Shown here piece after piece: positions 1 through 10,557 of a stretch of 64,000 nt of DNA. Positions within the stretch are counted from its first letter, which is position 1, and each line of letters opens with the position of its first letter. The stretch is taken from positions 1,291,331-1,355,330 of the forward strand of contig JACEUU010000003.1 of NCBI GenBank assembly GCA_024998755.1. The letters are read 5' to 3'. Under the pieces are notes generated by a model. It ran no database searches. It was given only the letters and a program-made list of their open reading frames with translations, and was not told where the DNA came from. The stretch is from Vampirovibrio sp. GTDB lineage: Bacteria > Cyanobacteriota > Vampirovibrionia > Vampirovibrionales > JAJTHC01. The position numbers and the translations under genes were made by a program.

Positions 1-397
1 TATTTAACACACTTTCCGGATTTTCCAGTTGGGGTTGCAGGTGGATACCGGGTTCAAAAACCAGTGCCAACCCTAGCCCTAAAAATGAGCTAATCACCAT
101 GAAAACTAAAAACCACAGAAAGACTTTTCCGCCCATACGCCCTAGTTGTTTATGGTCGCCTACGCTGGTAACGCCTACAACCAGTGAACTAACCACTAGC
201 GGGATAACCAACATTTGTACAAGGCGAATAAATAATTGCCCGACGAATTTGAAAACGGCGTGCAGCACGCTAAAATCTTGGGCGTTACTGAATACCAAAC
301 CGAGTGTTGCACCCAAAATAATGGAAAACAGAATGTGCCAGTGGCGTTTAGTACCAAGCCCAAGGGCTAGAAGCATTAACCATAAAAATCTACTCAT
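1..397 (-). CDS. Dicarboxylate/amino acid:cation symporter (DAACS/GltP family), 5' part; runs off the window start
   Basis: Manual translation, not in the ORF track: MSRFLWLMLL...HILFSIILGATLG...VGQLFIRLVQMLVIPLVVSSLVVGVTSVGDHKQLGRMGGK, the typical SDF-family F(I)RL..M...P motif. Confidence 0.85.
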   Translation of the reverse strand, partial: MSRFLWLMLLALGLGTKRHWHILFSIILGATLGLVFSNAQDFSVLHAVFKFVGQLFIRLVQMLVIPLVVSSLVVGVTSVGDHKQLGRMGGKVFLWFLVFMVISSFLGLGLALVFEPGIHLQPQLENPESVLN

Positions 398-538
398 AGT
401 AGTCGAAAAGTCCTTTTTTAATTGTTCGTTTAATAGCAAGATAGAACTGTTTATTTGAATTCATTGAAATTGAAGGGAAAAAGAAATAACTATCCCTCAT
501 TATAATAAAAACAAAAATGAATGTCTCTTGTGCTAGCA

Positions 539-584
539 AAAATAAACAGGTCGGATAGAAACATCTATCCGACCTGTTTATTTT
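539..584. terminator. Perfect 21-bp hairpin, probable terminator of the 733..1758 gene
   Basis: aaaataaacaggtcggataga-aaca-tctatccgacctgtttatttt. Confidence 0.6.
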
Positions 585-630
585 CGTTTGCTTATAGTAT
601 TTTAAAAAGTTTACTGTCTTTTTTTTCTGT

Positions 631-696
631 GTAGGGGTGGATTGCATCCACCCACTTCTGTTAATTTTAAAGCGGGCGGATGCAATCCGCCCCTAC
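631..696. repeat. GTAG-type REP doublet (REPIN-like) inside an AT-rich inverted-repeat shell (~594-724)
   Basis: gtaggggtggattgcatccaccc...gggcggatgcaatccgcccctac; its right half recurs almost identically at 62250-62317. Confidence 0.8.
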
Positions 697-732
697 GAGT
701 TCACTAATGATTTAAAAAACTATACTTAAAAC

Positions 733-1758
733 CTACGCTCTTACGCCACGCAACCCTTTAAATAGACGACTGGGAATACCAGCAATCCAAGAAAGTGCAC
801 TTTTAACTGGTTTCGGGTTAAAGACAGTATATCCGCTAACGGCAGTTCCCGTACCCAGTGCTGTAGCTTGAACAGCGGTATTGGTTGCTAACCCAGTAGC
901 CAAACCTGAAATTGAAGCACCCACAGCAGGAGCATTTGCAGCAACTACACCACTAACAGCAGTTCCTAAGCCAGCGATTACTGGACCCAAACCTGTTACC
1001 ATTAAAAATGCAGATCCAAATAAGAAGGTTGCTGGAATAGCCACAACTTTTAATAGGTTTTCAACAGCACCGCTATTGTTAATGGCTTCGCCAGCTTTGT
1101 TTAAAACGTTTTTTGCATCTTGTTTGGCATTTTTAACAATTTCTTTACCCGCTTTGGTTAAAGCGGTTTGGGCAAACTTATTACCACTATCTTTCAACGC
1201 TCTTAATTCTGTGGCATAGGCATTTAAAGCACCTTTTGGTAACTTATTCAACAAAGCCCCATCATTACGTTCTAAAACAGCTAGCATTTTGGTTACAATT
1301 TTCTTTTTGGCTTCGTCTGTTTCGGCATTTTTAAAGTCTGTTTTAAGGGCTTCAAATTGGGTTTTGGCTCGTTCTAGTTTGCCTTCATTGCCGCCAATGC
1401 CTAATTTATCTTTAATCCAATCTAACTTAAAATAAGCTAATGCTCCTAAGCCAACTGCTCCTGCACCACCCAACACCCAAGTTACGGGTTTTTTCCAAAA
1501 TGAAACCGGTGCGGCCGCTACGGCTAATGGTGCTGCGTATGCAGGTGATGCTATTGGTTGTTGATTTGATGGCATTTCATAGGGTGCAGTTGGCTGTGCA
1601 GCCCCTTGGGCAGATGGGTTATAGCTATCAATATTACCTGCAGGTGGCTGAAAGTTGCCATAAGTGTCAGCAGGGTAAGGCGGGTTATTGGTTGATGGCT
1701 GTTGTTGTAACCCAACACGGTTTTGAATTTGGGTTGGTAGAAGAGAAAATGTTTGCAT
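733..1758 (-). CDS. Hypothetical membrane protein with Q/P-rich N-terminus, one TM helix, helical middle and Gly/Ala-rich hydrophobic C-terminus
   Basis: 341-aa ORF; aaggaa RBS-like sequence upstream; no family recognised. Confidence 0.7.
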   Translation of the reverse strand: MQTFSLLPTQIQNRVGLQQQPSTNNPPYPADTYGNFQPPAGNIDSYNPSAQGAAQPTAPYEMPSNQQPIASPAYAAPLAVAAAPVSFWKKPVTWVLGGAGAVGLGALAYFKLDWIKDKLGIGGNEGKLERAKTQFEALKTDFKNAETDEAKKKIVTKMLAVLERNDGALLNKLPKGALNAYATELRALKDSGNKFAQTALTKAGKEIVKNAKQDAKNVLNKAGEAINNSGAVENLLKVVAIPATFLFGSAFLMVTGLGPVIAGLGTAVSGVVAANAPAVGASISGLATGLATNTAVQATALGTGTAVSGYTVFNPKPVKSALSWIAGIPSRLFKGLRGVRA

Positions 1759-1874
1759 TTTGATTGGTTTCCTTCGGCAAGCGTTAGGAGTGTAAAAAAC
1801 TTTACAGCCTTGGATGGCTATTTGATATTAGAGTAAAACACCCTACAATGAAAAAAATGCTACCCAATTTAAAA

Positions 1875-2816
1875 TTAGTTTATTGAAGTTAAAATACTGG
1901 TTTCAATGGCTTGATACCAGTGCGGTTGCGTAGGTTGGTTTGTCCAAAATGAAAAGGCCTCGATGCCTTGGTTTATTAGCATACCTAAACCGTTTTGATT
2001 ATTCAAGTTAAAGTGCTTTGCATAAGAAAGAAATAGGGTTTCAGTGGGCTTGTAAATTAAATCGCTCACAAAGCAGTTGGGGGGTACTGCTGCCAGTTGG
2101 GCTAAGCTTAGCGGGCTAGCTTTCACATCAGGAATCATACCCACTGGGGTTGTATTGATAATCAGTTGCGTTGAAGCCAGCAAGCTGGGTGTTACCGCTT
2201 CAAAGGTTGAAACTTCAAACGCACTACCCACTTGTTTTGCCCACTGGGTTGCCAAGTTAATAATGGGCTGGGCTTTTTCAAGATTCCGAACCACTAACGT
2301 TATTTTAGCCACCGCTGGTTTTGTAAAAAACAGAGCTTCCAACACGGCTCTACACGCCCCACCGGCACCTAATACCAGTGCATTACGTTGGTTTAGTGTG
2401 TGTTTTACGGCTTCAGGCAAGGCGGTGTAAAACCCAATACCATCCGTATTATGCCCAATATATGTGCCATCCTCTAAGTGTTTAACGGTGTTAACTGCTT
2501 GAATGCGGTTGGCTTGGGGGGTGCGTTGGCTGACCCAATTGTAGGCATCTACCTTATAAGGAATGGTTACGTTAAAGCCTGTTAGCGGTGAATGCGTTGT
2601 TACTACACCCCAAAACCCATCGGTTTGCTGGAACTGGTCTGGTTCAATGGGAATTAAATTGAAAACGCCTTTGAGGTTACAAAGCTTTAACAAGGTTTGA
2701 TGAATAATAGGCGATAAACTTTTGTTAAGCGGATACCCTACTAAGCCTAAGTGAAGGGTTGAAGAATCAGTTGTTTTTTGACTATCAGTAGTCGTCATTA
2801 ATAAAAAAGCCATCAA
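1875..2816 (-). CDS. aroE: Shikimate dehydrogenase
   Basis: Motifs SLSPIIH, GFNVTIPYK, AVNT, GHNTDGIGF, LGAGGA, NTTPVGM, DLIYKP, GLGMLINQG. Confidence 0.95.
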   Translation of the reverse strand: MMAFLLMTTTDSQKTTDSSTLHLGLVGYPLNKSLSPIIHQTLLKLCNLKGVFNLIPIEPDQFQQTDGFWGVVTTHSPLTGFNVTIPYKVDAYNWVSQRTPQANRIQAVNTVKHLEDGTYIGHNTDGIGFYTALPEAVKHTLNQRNALVLGAGGACRAVLEALFFTKPAVAKITLVVRNLEKAQPIINLATQWAKQVGSAFEVSTFEAVTPSLLASTQLIINTTPVGMIPDVKASPLSLAQLAAVPPNCFVSDLIYKPTETLFLSYAKHFNLNNQNGLGMLINQGIEAFSFWTNQPTQPHWYQAIETSILTSIN

Positions 2817-2826
2817 ATTAAAAAAT

Positions 2827-2898
2827 AGGCGACACCCAGATTCGAACTGGGGAGTAGAAGTTTTGCAGACTTCCGCCTTACCACTTGGCCATGTCGCC
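2827..2898 (-). tRNA. tRNA-Cys(GCA)
   Basis: Reverse complement GGCGACATGGCCAAGTGGTAAGGCGGAAGTCTGCAAAACTTCTACTCCCCAGTTCGAATCTGGGTGTCGCCT folds as a cloverleaf with GCA anticodon. Confidence 0.97.
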
Positions 2899-2968
2899 TT
2901 AACCTATTAAGCACTATAAGCCAAACAGACCCGCCTGACAAGGGGGTATTCAACCAAGATGGAAAAAC

Positions 2969-3313
2969 GAATTCACCTTAACACCTGACAAAAAGCGGAA
3001 CTTTCAATTTTGCTCGATTTTATTGCAATTATTAGCTTCAAACCATCTGCAGTTGGCAATAGGCTGGTGCGAACGTAGTGAAGCAGACCAATTAAGAAGC
3101 CCTCTTATAGCTTCCGCTCAAGCCTATTGCCAACGTGCTAGCCAACAAGTTAACCCTTGAGAGGGGATTAATAAGGGGGCGTGGAGCCCCCTTGTTTTTG
3201 CGGGGGGTGTGGGGGGTGCCCAAACGGTACCCCCCACGAAAGCCCTAGCCCGAAGCGATTAACCCGTCCGAATTTTTTAAAACAAAAAAAAGGTCAGGTG
3301 AAAAAATGAATTC
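2969..3313 (+). repeat. GC-rich multi-hairpin element, copy 1 (core ~3033-3257), bounded by imperfect inverted repeats
   Basis: Collinear with 9418-9652; shell gaattcaccttaacacctgac / gtcaggtgaaaaaatgaattc. Confidence 0.75.
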
Positions 3314-3359
3314 ACTAAAAATTAGCACAGTAGCATCAAAAAAGGCTATAATCGGATAA

Positions 3360-4667
3360 ATGATTCAACGTTCTGTTAGAAAGAGGTATCCATCTCCTAT
3401 GTCCACATTGATTATCGACCAATTTACTACCCCACCTAGTCTTTTTCATGTGCTAATTTTAGAAGGGCAAAGCCAGTATGGGGCAAATAACCGCTTTGCG
3501 TTGGATTTAGACCAAGCCCTTCAAGCCAGAGGCCACCAAGTAACCCGTGCCCATTTTGATGATGCTACCTTCAACGACGTCATCATCAATGCCCTTCAAG
3601 GTGGCGGAACCCCGCTTAGCTTAATTATTAGCTTCAACGGCATTGCCAAAGAATTAACTATTAATGATACCCCCTTAAGCCAACTGCTTAATATTCCGTG
3701 CATTAACTACTTTGTAGACCACCCTATGAAGCAGTATAGCAGGGCAGATTTACCTATTGAACAGCACATTAATACTTATGTAGATGAAGCCCATGTGGGG
3801 TTTGCCAAACAGTTTTTATCGCAACACTTTAACGGGCTTTCGGGGTGTTTAAAACACGCAGGGGTTCAACTTAAGTCTGCCAAAAAACCGATAGCCTATG
3901 AAAAACGAGACCATCAAATATTAGTGGCGGGTAGTTATAAACCGTTTGATGCCTGTTGGGCAGACTTAACATTTGAAGGCACGCCCGTGCTAACCCAATT
4001 GCTTCAAACCATTGTGGAAGCTCAAATTGATGATCCTGAAACACCCATGGGCAGTCGGTTTCTTTCGGCGTTTGAACAAGCTGGTATGAATACCGCCTTA
4101 TTAGACAATACGTTACTATTACAGTTGTTTTTACGGGTTGAACGAGCCGTTGAAATGCATTTTCGGGGCGGATTTATTCAAGCGGCTGAAGACTTACCTT
4201 TGCTAATTGCTGGTAATGGGTGGGAAAAATTTAAGAAGCCTTCTAAGGCATGGCAAATGGTAGGGGCTCAGCAGTTTGATTGGCTATTGGAAAAAATTCA
4301 GCAAGTAAAACTGGTATGGAGCCAAGTTTATTGTTTTACCCAAGGTGGGCATGAACGTATTTTTTATGCCCAAGCTAATGGTACGGCGGTGGCTTGTGAT
4401 GATATGCCTTGGCTACGGGAAACTTATGATGATGAAAAGGAAGCCCTACTCATTGCACCCAACGATTTTACCGCAGGGGTTGAAAAAATAGGGTACTGGC
4501 TTAATGAACAACCTACAAAAAAATTAGAAGCCCTAGCCAAGGGGGGGCAAGCAGTTTGTTTGGCGAACCATACTTGGCAACATCGGGTTCTTGAAATTGA
4601 AAGTTGGGTGGAACAATATACTGCCTATCAAACCTTATTGCATCCCAAGGAATATGGCGTTTTTTAA
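3360..4667 (+). CDS. Putative glycosyltransferase (GT-B, CgeB/Glyco_trans_1_2-like); start may be the Met at ~3399
   Basis: YFVDHP, GNGW, HERIFYAQANG and C-terminal HTWQHR motifs typical of this family. Confidence 0.7.
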   Translation: MIQRSVRKRYPSPMSTLIIDQFTTPPSLFHVLILEGQSQYGANNRFALDLDQALQARGHQVTRAHFDDATFNDVIINALQGGGTPLSLIISFNGIAKELTINDTPLSQLLNIPCINYFVDHPMKQYSRADLPIEQHINTYVDEAHVGFAKQFLSQHFNGLSGCLKHAGVQLKSAKKPIAYEKRDHQILVAGSYKPFDACWADLTFEGTPVLTQLLQTIVEAQIDDPETPMGSRFLSAFEQAGMNTALLDNTLLLQLFLRVERAVEMHFRGGFIQAAEDLPLLIAGNGWEKFKKPSKAWQMVGAQQFDWLLEKIQQVKLVWSQVYCFTQGGHERIFYAQANGTAVACDDMPWLRETYDDEKEALLIAPNDFTAGVEKIGYWLNEQPTKKLEALAKGGQAVCLANHTWQHRVLEIESWVEQYTAYQTLLHPKEYGVF

Positions 4668-4817
4668 TACCAATTAAAAAATTAAATAGTATAAACTCTT
4701 AAAACGGGAAGCCACGGAGAGCTTCCCCTACAGTCGCATTTTCGTAGGGGCTGGTCTCTGTGCCAGCCCGCTTAGATATAGCCCAAAATACGCTATTCAA
4801 AATACTATAATGGGTAT
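4667..4817. repeat. ATACCAATT-type inverted-repeat shell enclosing an outward-facing REP pair
   Basis: ataccaattaaaaaattaaatagt...gggaagccacggagagcttcccctac...gtaggggctggtctctgtgccagccc...acgctattcaa. Confidence 0.6.
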
Positions 4818-4826
4818 AAAAAGCCT

Positions 4827-5459
4827 TTAAGGTATAACCATGCCTGAAGGTTTAAACAGGTAAACATCCGTAGCGGTAACACCTAACTCTCCAAACGCTT
4901 GGGTAATACGCGTTTGTCTATTTTCGGGTGTTAGGGTTTCTACGGTTACTCTGGCTATTTTAACGGCTTCACCTCTACTTGGCTCTATGGTTCTTTCAAA
5001 ACAGTTGGTAACGGGTGCTGTGGTTTGGTCTCCGCAAGTAAACCTAATAGTTGCTTCCATGTAATTAGGCAAAACAGTGATGGTTGCAAAATTAATGGGG
5101 GCATCTGGGCTGGGTGTATTGCTTTGAGACCGAACCATGGTGTTATTAGTAAATGTGTAAGTAACCGTACTACTAGGGCGTCCATTCGAAGCGGGCATAT
5201 CCAGCGTTAGAATAGAAGTACCTGTACCGCTATTGGTTACTGTAAAAGAATCTGCAAAAGAAAATTCTGCTTTTAACTGCGTTAAAAATCGGTTCATTAC
5301 CCCTTGAATGAAGGTTTTGGTTTTAGCACTTTCTCTTTGTTCCATTAGCGTGCTGTTTAGGTTTGCCATAGAAAGCCCAATAATAGCCATCATCGCCATG
5401 GCAATAACCAGTTCTATGAGGGTAAAGCCTTTATTCACTGGCTTTTTCAGTTTAAGCAT
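4827..5459 (-). CDS. Type IV pilin / pseudopilin-like protein
   Basis: Prepilin cleavage motif KG/FTLIELVIAM followed by a hydrophobic helix. Confidence 0.85.
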   Translation of the reverse strand: MLKLKKPVNKGFTLIELVIAMAMMAIIGLSMANLNSTLMEQRESAKTKTFIQGVMNRFLTQLKAEFSFADSFTVTNSGTGTSILTLDMPASNGRPSSTVTYTFTNNTMVRSQSNTPSPDAPINFATITVLPNYMEATIRFTCGDQTTAPVTNCFERTIEPSRGEAVKIARVTVETLTPENRQTRITQAFGELGVTATDVYLFKPSGMVIP

Positions 5460-5492
5460 ACTGTAAAACCTTTTCTCAGATTAAAGGTCATC

Positions 5493-5558
5493 GTCATTTC
5501 GAGCTTGTAGAGGTCCCCCTAGACGGTAAGGAGATTCATCGACTACGCTCGGAATGAC
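5493..5558. repeat. GTCAT...ATGAC palindromic element, copy 1
   Basis: gtcatttcgagcttgtagagg...gagattcatcgactacgctcggaatgac; related copies at 17473-17541 and 52892-52962. Confidence 0.75.
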
Positions 5559-5621
5559 ACGCAATTTACCGTTAACGTTTATATGTTATAGATGTTCCAA
5601 ATATTATTGAGCCATTTTATT

Positions 5622-5687
5622 GTAGGGGCGGACTGCGTCCGCCCGCCTAAAGATTGACTGAAACGGGCGGATGCAATCCGCCCCGAC
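5622..5687. repeat. GTAG-type REP doublet
   Basis: gtaggggcggactgcgtccgccc...gggcggatgcaatccgccccgac. Confidence 0.75.
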
Positions 5688-5767
5688 AGGTTCAAGAATG
5701 ATTGAAAATACTATACTAAACTTATCGGTCAGTAGGTTGCATTTCTGAAATGGCATTAGGCGTTTTA

Positions 5768-6241
5768 TTATAAGCCAGCTAAAAAATTGCAGGGGCTTAC
5801 CACCACGCTGGGGGCAGGTTCTTTGCAATCTTGTTTAGGCAAGGGCTGTAAACTAAAGGCGGTAAAGCCTGTTAAATTGGTCATGCACACATCACCACAG
5901 GTATTGGTGGTAAATTCCACACTTCTTACTCTACCTCTATTGGTGCTGGCTGTTATGTTGGTTGTATTTGTTTTGGTTAAAGTAATATATCGATGCGGTG
6001 GCATTGCAGCAATCACCGTATCAGCAGCCAGTTCATTGGGTTTAGAATTGGTTCTATCTGCCCCTTGCAACACCACGCTTTGCAAGGTGGCTTGAACGGT
6101 GTTAAACGCCCTTACGTCTTTTTGTTCATCTGCATCGCCCATGGCAACAATGGCAAATGTTGTAAAAATGCCCAGTATCGCCATAATAATAACCAGCTCT
6201 ATAAGAGTAAATCCGTGGGCTGAGACTTTTTTTCTAAACAA
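5768..6241 (-). CDS. Type IV pilin-like protein
   Basis: HG/FTLIELVIIMAILG prepilin motif; C-terminal cysteines. Confidence 0.85.
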   Translation of the reverse strand: MFRKKVSAHGFTLIELVIIMAILGIFTTFAIVAMGDADEQKDVRAFNTVQATLQSVVLQGADRTNSKPNELAADTVIAAMPPHRYITLTKTNTTNITASTNRGRVRSVEFTTNTCGDVCMTNLTGFTAFSLQPLPKQDCKEPAPSVVVSPCNFLAGL

Positions 6242-6305
6242 TGGTAGCTTCCTTCATTTTTTCAATACTATAGTATTTTAAAGTATTTCTTTCTTCTGCT
6301 TCTCT

Positions 6306-6396
6306 GTAGGGGTGCGATTTATCGCATCCGTTTGGTGATTGAGGGGCGGACTGATGCAAAGCATAGACCGCTAGGGCTAATAAATCACGCCCCTAC
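6306..6396. repeat. GTAG-type REP doublet, variant family
   Basis: gtaggggtgcgatttatcgcatcc...taaatcacgcccctac; same family at 12224-12340 and 38091-38156. Confidence 0.8.
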
Positions 6397-6620
6397 GAAA
6401 CAAATTATTTAAAGCACTATATTGAGTCAGTCTTTTTGTTTATTATATCGTAAATTTTTCACGAAACTGTTGAGGTTTAAAAAAATGACCTTCTTTTCTT
6501 GAAATGTCAAATTTACTTTACATAAGTTTTACTTTTTCATTTCGTCTACTCGTCCTATAATATGAAGATATCTTAATTGCATCTAAAAAAAATTCAAAAC
6601 TTGGGAGAGAATAAACGCTA

Positions 6621-8963
6621 ATGATGAAAGTAATTAAACGAGATGGTAGCCGTGTTGAAGTTCGCTTTGACGAAATTATGGATAGAATTAAATCACTCAG
6701 CTTTGATTTAGACCATCGGTATGTAAAGCCAGATGAAGTGGCTATTAAAGTGGTTGAAGGCTTGTATGATGGTGTAACCACGGAACTGCTAGACCAATTA
6801 GCGGCTGAAACCGCTGCTTCTTTAACAGCAACCCACTCAGATTATGCCGTTCTTTCTGCTAGAATTGCTATTTCCAACTTGCACAAAAAAACCAAGGGCT
6901 CGTTTAGTGAAGTAGCCAAAGATTTGTATGACTACATTGACCCTCGATCCGAACAGAAAGCTCAACTGCTTTCCAAGCCTGTCTATGACTTTATTCAAGA
7001 AAACGCCAAACGCTTAGACGCGGTTGTTCGCTATGAACGGGATTATTTGTTTGATTATTTTGGCTTTAAAACCTTAGAACGTAGTTATTTATTAAAACTG
7101 AAAGGGGTTATAGCTGAACGCCCTCAGCATATGTGGATGCGGGTAGCTGTGGGTATTCATTGTGGCGATTTAGACGCTGTGATTGAAACCTACAACTTGC
7201 TTTCTGAAAAATGGTTTACCCATGCTTCGCCTACCTTATTTAATGCGGGTACGCCACAACCTCAACTTTCTTCTTGCTTCTTGTTGGGTATGCAAGATGA
7301 TAGTATTACTGGCATTTACGATACGCTTAAACAAACGGCGTTAATCTCCAAATCTGCCGGTGGTATTGGCTTACACATCCATAATGTGCGGGCAAAAGGT
7401 AGTTACATTAAGGGTACGAATGGTACTTCTAACGGCATTGTACCGATGTTACGGGTGTTTAACGATACGGCTCGGTACGTTGACCAAGGTGGCAATAAAC
7501 GCAAGGGTGCTTTTGCGGTTTACCTAGAACCTTGGCACGCGGATGTGTTTGAATTTTTAGATTTACGCAAAAACCATGGTAAGGAAGAACTGCGGACTCG
7601 GGATTTATTTACCGCCCTGTGGATTCCTGATTTATTTATGAAGCGGGTTGAAGAAGACGCTGAATGGTCGTTATTTTGCCCGAACGAAGCCCCTGGTTTG
7701 GCAGATGTTTGGGGCGATGCCTTTGAAACGCTTTATACCAGTTATGAAGAAAAAGGCAAAGCCAAAAAAGTGGTTAAGGCCAGAGAATTGTGGTTTACCA
7801 TTTTGGAATCTCAAATTGAAACGGGTACGCCTTACATGCTTTATAAGGATGCTTGTAACGGGAAATCAAACCAGCAAAACTTGGGCACCATTAAATCTTC
7901 CAACTTGTGTACTGAAATTGTGGAATACACGGCCAATGACGAAGTGGCGGTTTGTAACTTGGCTTCCATTGCCCTGAATCGGTTTGTTATTAGTGGCAAG
8001 TTTGATTTTGAAAAACTGCACAAAGTAACCAAAGTCGTTACTCGTAACCTCAATAAAATTATCGACCTTAACTTTTACCCTATTCCGGAAGCGGCGAATA
8101 GCAATTTGCGTCATCGGCCTATTGGTATTGGTATTCAAGGCTTGGCAGACGCTTTCTTGCTTATGCGGTTTGCCTTTGATAGCGATGAAGCCAAACAGTT
8201 GAACAAAGATATTGCGGAAACCCTTTATTATGCTGCGGTGGAAGCTTCAATGGAACTGGCTCAAAAAGATGGGGCTTATAGCACCTTTGAAGGGTCGCCT
8301 GCTTCTAAAGGGCAATTGCAGTTTGATTTATGGGGGCATGAACCCTCAAGCCGGTATGATTGGTTGGCACTCAAAGCGAAAGTTCAGCAATACGGGTTAC
8401 GCAACAGCTTGTTGTTAGCCCCTATGCCTACGGCGTCTACTTCGCAAATTTTGGGTAACAATGAATGTTTTGAGCCTTATACCTCGAATTTATACACTCG
8501 GCGGGTGCTTTCCGGCGAATTCACGATTATTAATCGGTATTTGGTGAAAGATTTAATTCGTCTTGGCTTGTGGGATGAACGCATTCGACACCGTATTATT
8601 GCGGGGAATGGGTCTGTTCAAGCCCTAACCAATGTGCCAGATGAAATTAAGGCGTTGTATAAAACCGTTTGGGAAATTAAACAGCGTGATATTTTGGATA
8701 TGGCGGCGGATAGAGGCCCTTTCATCTGCCAAAGCCAAAGTATGAACATTCATATGGCAAACCCGAATTTTGCGAAGATGGGGTCAATGCACTTCTACGC
8801 TTGGAAAAAAGGGTTGAAGACGGGTATGTATTACTTGCGGTCTAACGCGGCGGTTGAAGCCATTAAATTTACGGTGGATAAAGACTTGGTTCGGGATCAA
8901 CGTGAAGCTGATATTAGTTGTTCGTTGGATAACCCTGAAGAATGCTTGTCTTGCAGTGGTTAA
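6621..8963 (+). CDS. nrdA: Class Ia ribonucleoside-diphosphate reductase, alpha subunit
   Basis: N-terminal ATP cone (VIKRDG), [37 protein letters not shown]-terminal CLSCSG. Confidence 0.97.
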   Translation: MMKVIKRDGSRVEVRFDEIMDRIKSLSFDLDHRYVKPDEVAIKVVEGLYDGVTTELLDQLAAETAASLTATHSDYAVLSARIAISNLHKKTKGSFSEVAKDLYDYIDPRSEQKAQLLSKPVYDFIQENAKRLDAVVRYERDYLFDYFGFKTLERSYLLKLKGVIAERPQHMWMRVAVGIHCGDLDAVIETYNLLSEKWFTHASPTLFNAGTPQPQLSSCFLLGMQDDSITGIYDTLKQTALISKSAGGIGLHIHNVRAKGSYIKGTNGTSNGIVPMLRVFNDTARYVDQGGNKRKGAFAVYLEPWHADVFEFLDLRKNHGKEELRTRDLFTALWIPDLFMKRVEEDAEWSLFCPNEAPGLADVWGDAFETLYTSYEEKGKAKKVVKARELWFTILESQIETGTPYMLYKDACNGKSNQQNLGTIKSSNLCTEIVEYTANDEVAVCNLASIALNRFVISGKFDFEKLHKVTKVVTRNLNKIIDLNFYPIPEAANSNLRHRPIGIGIQGLADAFLLMRFAFDSDEAKQLNKDIAETLYYAAVEASMELAQKDGAYSTFEGSPASKGQLQFDLWGHEPSSRYDWLALKAKVQQYGLRNSLLLAPMPTASTSQILGNNECFEPYTSNLYTRRVLSGEFTIINRYLVKDLIRLGLWDERIRHRIIAGNGSVQALTNVPDEIKALYKTVWEIKQRDILDMAADRGPFICQSQSMNIHMANPNFAKMGSMHFYAWKKGLKTGMYYLRSNAAVEAIKFTVDKDLVRDQREADISCSLDNPEECLSCSG

Positions 8964-8964
8964 A

Positions 8965-9108
8965 ACCAATTCAAAGTTTAACTATCGTTAGCGTATACGT
9001 TGTTACTGGGCAGTTAAAAATCCTCAACGTACGTCTCTGTACGCCTGCGGTTTTTAACTGCCTAGTGCCTAGTCTCCATCTAACGCTATTCAATCTTTGA
9101 ATCGGTAT
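8965..9108. repeat. ATACCAATT-type shell enclosing an RPE-like palindromic core
   Basis: aaccaattcaaagtttaactatcgttag...cgtacgtctctgtacg...ctaacgctattcaatctttgaatcggtat. Confidence 0.75.
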
Positions 9109-9240
9109 AAAAACCTATAAACTGCTTGATTTTCGCCCTTGAAGCGGTACACTAGAATAGTAGTTAAGCAATTCCCCTTTTAGTTTAACCCATTGCTTTT
9201 AGCAGTATGTTTTACTAAAGTTGTTTAGCTATTTAAAAAA

Positions 9241-9314
<74 letters not shown>

Positions 9315-9316
9315 TA

Positions 9317-9370
9317 CTCAGAATCCAGATAGTTTGCTTAATTGCACACCATCTGGATTTTGAGTTTTTA
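9317..9370 (+). terminator. Hairpin followed by a T-tract after tRNA-Pro
   Basis: ctcagaatccagat...atctggattttgag-ttttt. Confidence 0.6.
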
Positions 9371-9417
9371 GGGGATTCCAAAAGTTAATTAGCTATTTTA
9401 GCCCAGTCTGAAATTGC

Positions 9418-9652
9418 TAGCTTCAAACCATATGTAGTTGGAGACAGGCTGGTGCGAGCGTAGCGAAGCAGGGCAATTAGGGAGCCTCTTTTGCTTCCGC
9501 CCAAGCCTGTTTTCAACGTGCTAGCCAACCAATCAACCAGTTGTTCCCCTGGGGTTTCTTAAGGGGGTGGCGAACTGCCCCTTAAGCGGTGGGGGGTTGT
9601 AAGGGGGGGGCTGACGCCAGTCCCCCCTTACGCATCCACCTTAGCCCGAAGC
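9418..9652 (+). repeat. GC-rich multi-hairpin element, copy 2
   Basis: Collinear with 3033-3257, with compensatory substitutions in the stems. Confidence 0.75.
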
Positions 9653-9697
9653 AACTATCTCTAAAAAGTCTCAATAATAGTAGGAACAGTTATACAC

Positions 9698-10249
9698 CTA
9701 AAACAGCTGGAAAAAATCCCGCATATCGCCTTCTTTAAACCAACCCATTAATGCATAAAACCGCACCATGGTGGGGGTAGAACGCCCTTGGTTCCAATAC
9801 AACAACTGGTTGTAGGGGAAGCCCGTTAAATCTGAAAATTCTCGTAAATTCATTTTGTAATATTTCTCAATCCATTCGGTTAACCGCAACCGTAACTTAC
9901 CCGAAGGCCCTAATACAGTTCGGGTATCGGTAGGCAGGCCCAATTGGCTTTGCTTTGATGGACGCCCCCGCTTTAAGTTGCTTGCTTGCAGCCACCACGC
10001 ATCTAACTGTTCTTGTTCTTGCCGTGTAAATACCCACGAAAGCCCAATATTACTGGTATCGGGTAATTTTATATCAGAATCAGGGTGTAACACGCTTAAT
10101 GGCGAATCGGTCTCTTTTTTGGTAACTGACTCTTTTTGGGCTTCTGAAGAAGTATCAGAAATGGTCAGGTTTTCTACCTTTGCCGAAGGGTCTTCTATGC
10201 CTTCAGCGGAAAATGGATTTGAAGAATATAACGGGTCGATGCCCCACAT
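9698..10249 (-). CDS. Hypothetical protein with a probable C-terminal XRE-like HTH
   Basis: MNLREFSDLTGFPYNQLLYWNQGRSTP resembles a cro/C1 HTH; divergent from the sigma factor gene. Confidence 0.55.
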   Translation of the reverse strand: MWGIDPLYSSNPFSAEGIEDPSAKVENLTISDTSSEAQKESVTKKETDSPLSVLHPDSDIKLPDTSNIGLSWVFTRQEQEQLDAWWLQASNLKRGRPSKQSQLGLPTDTRTVLGPSGKLRLRLTEWIEKYYKMNLREFSDLTGFPYNQLLYWNQGRSTPTMVRFYALMGWFKEGDMRDFFQLF

Positions 10250-10557
10250 GGTTTTATCTTTCCTACAACAATTGCAATTTACGACTAATAAAAAAACCGA
10301 CTACCAACAGATAGTTCAGTTGATTGGGTGTGATAAAAACAACATATTGTAACTATTTCGTTATAATTCGTTGTTTTTAATTAGCAAAATGTCATTGTAA
10401 CCCCTTGCCCCCTTCATTCGGATGGTTTGAAAAACGGATGATGGCTCGCCTTGCTATAATCAATTCCATCTTCCAACACAGATGCTCTCAGTAACTTTTC
10501 AAGTCAAATTTATAGATAGTATTCATTTAATCCAATTTAGAAAGTGGACAGCCCCCC

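Noticed and set aside
99..458. 119-aa + strand ORF
   Set aside because: Antisense shadow of the DAACS transporter on the - strand
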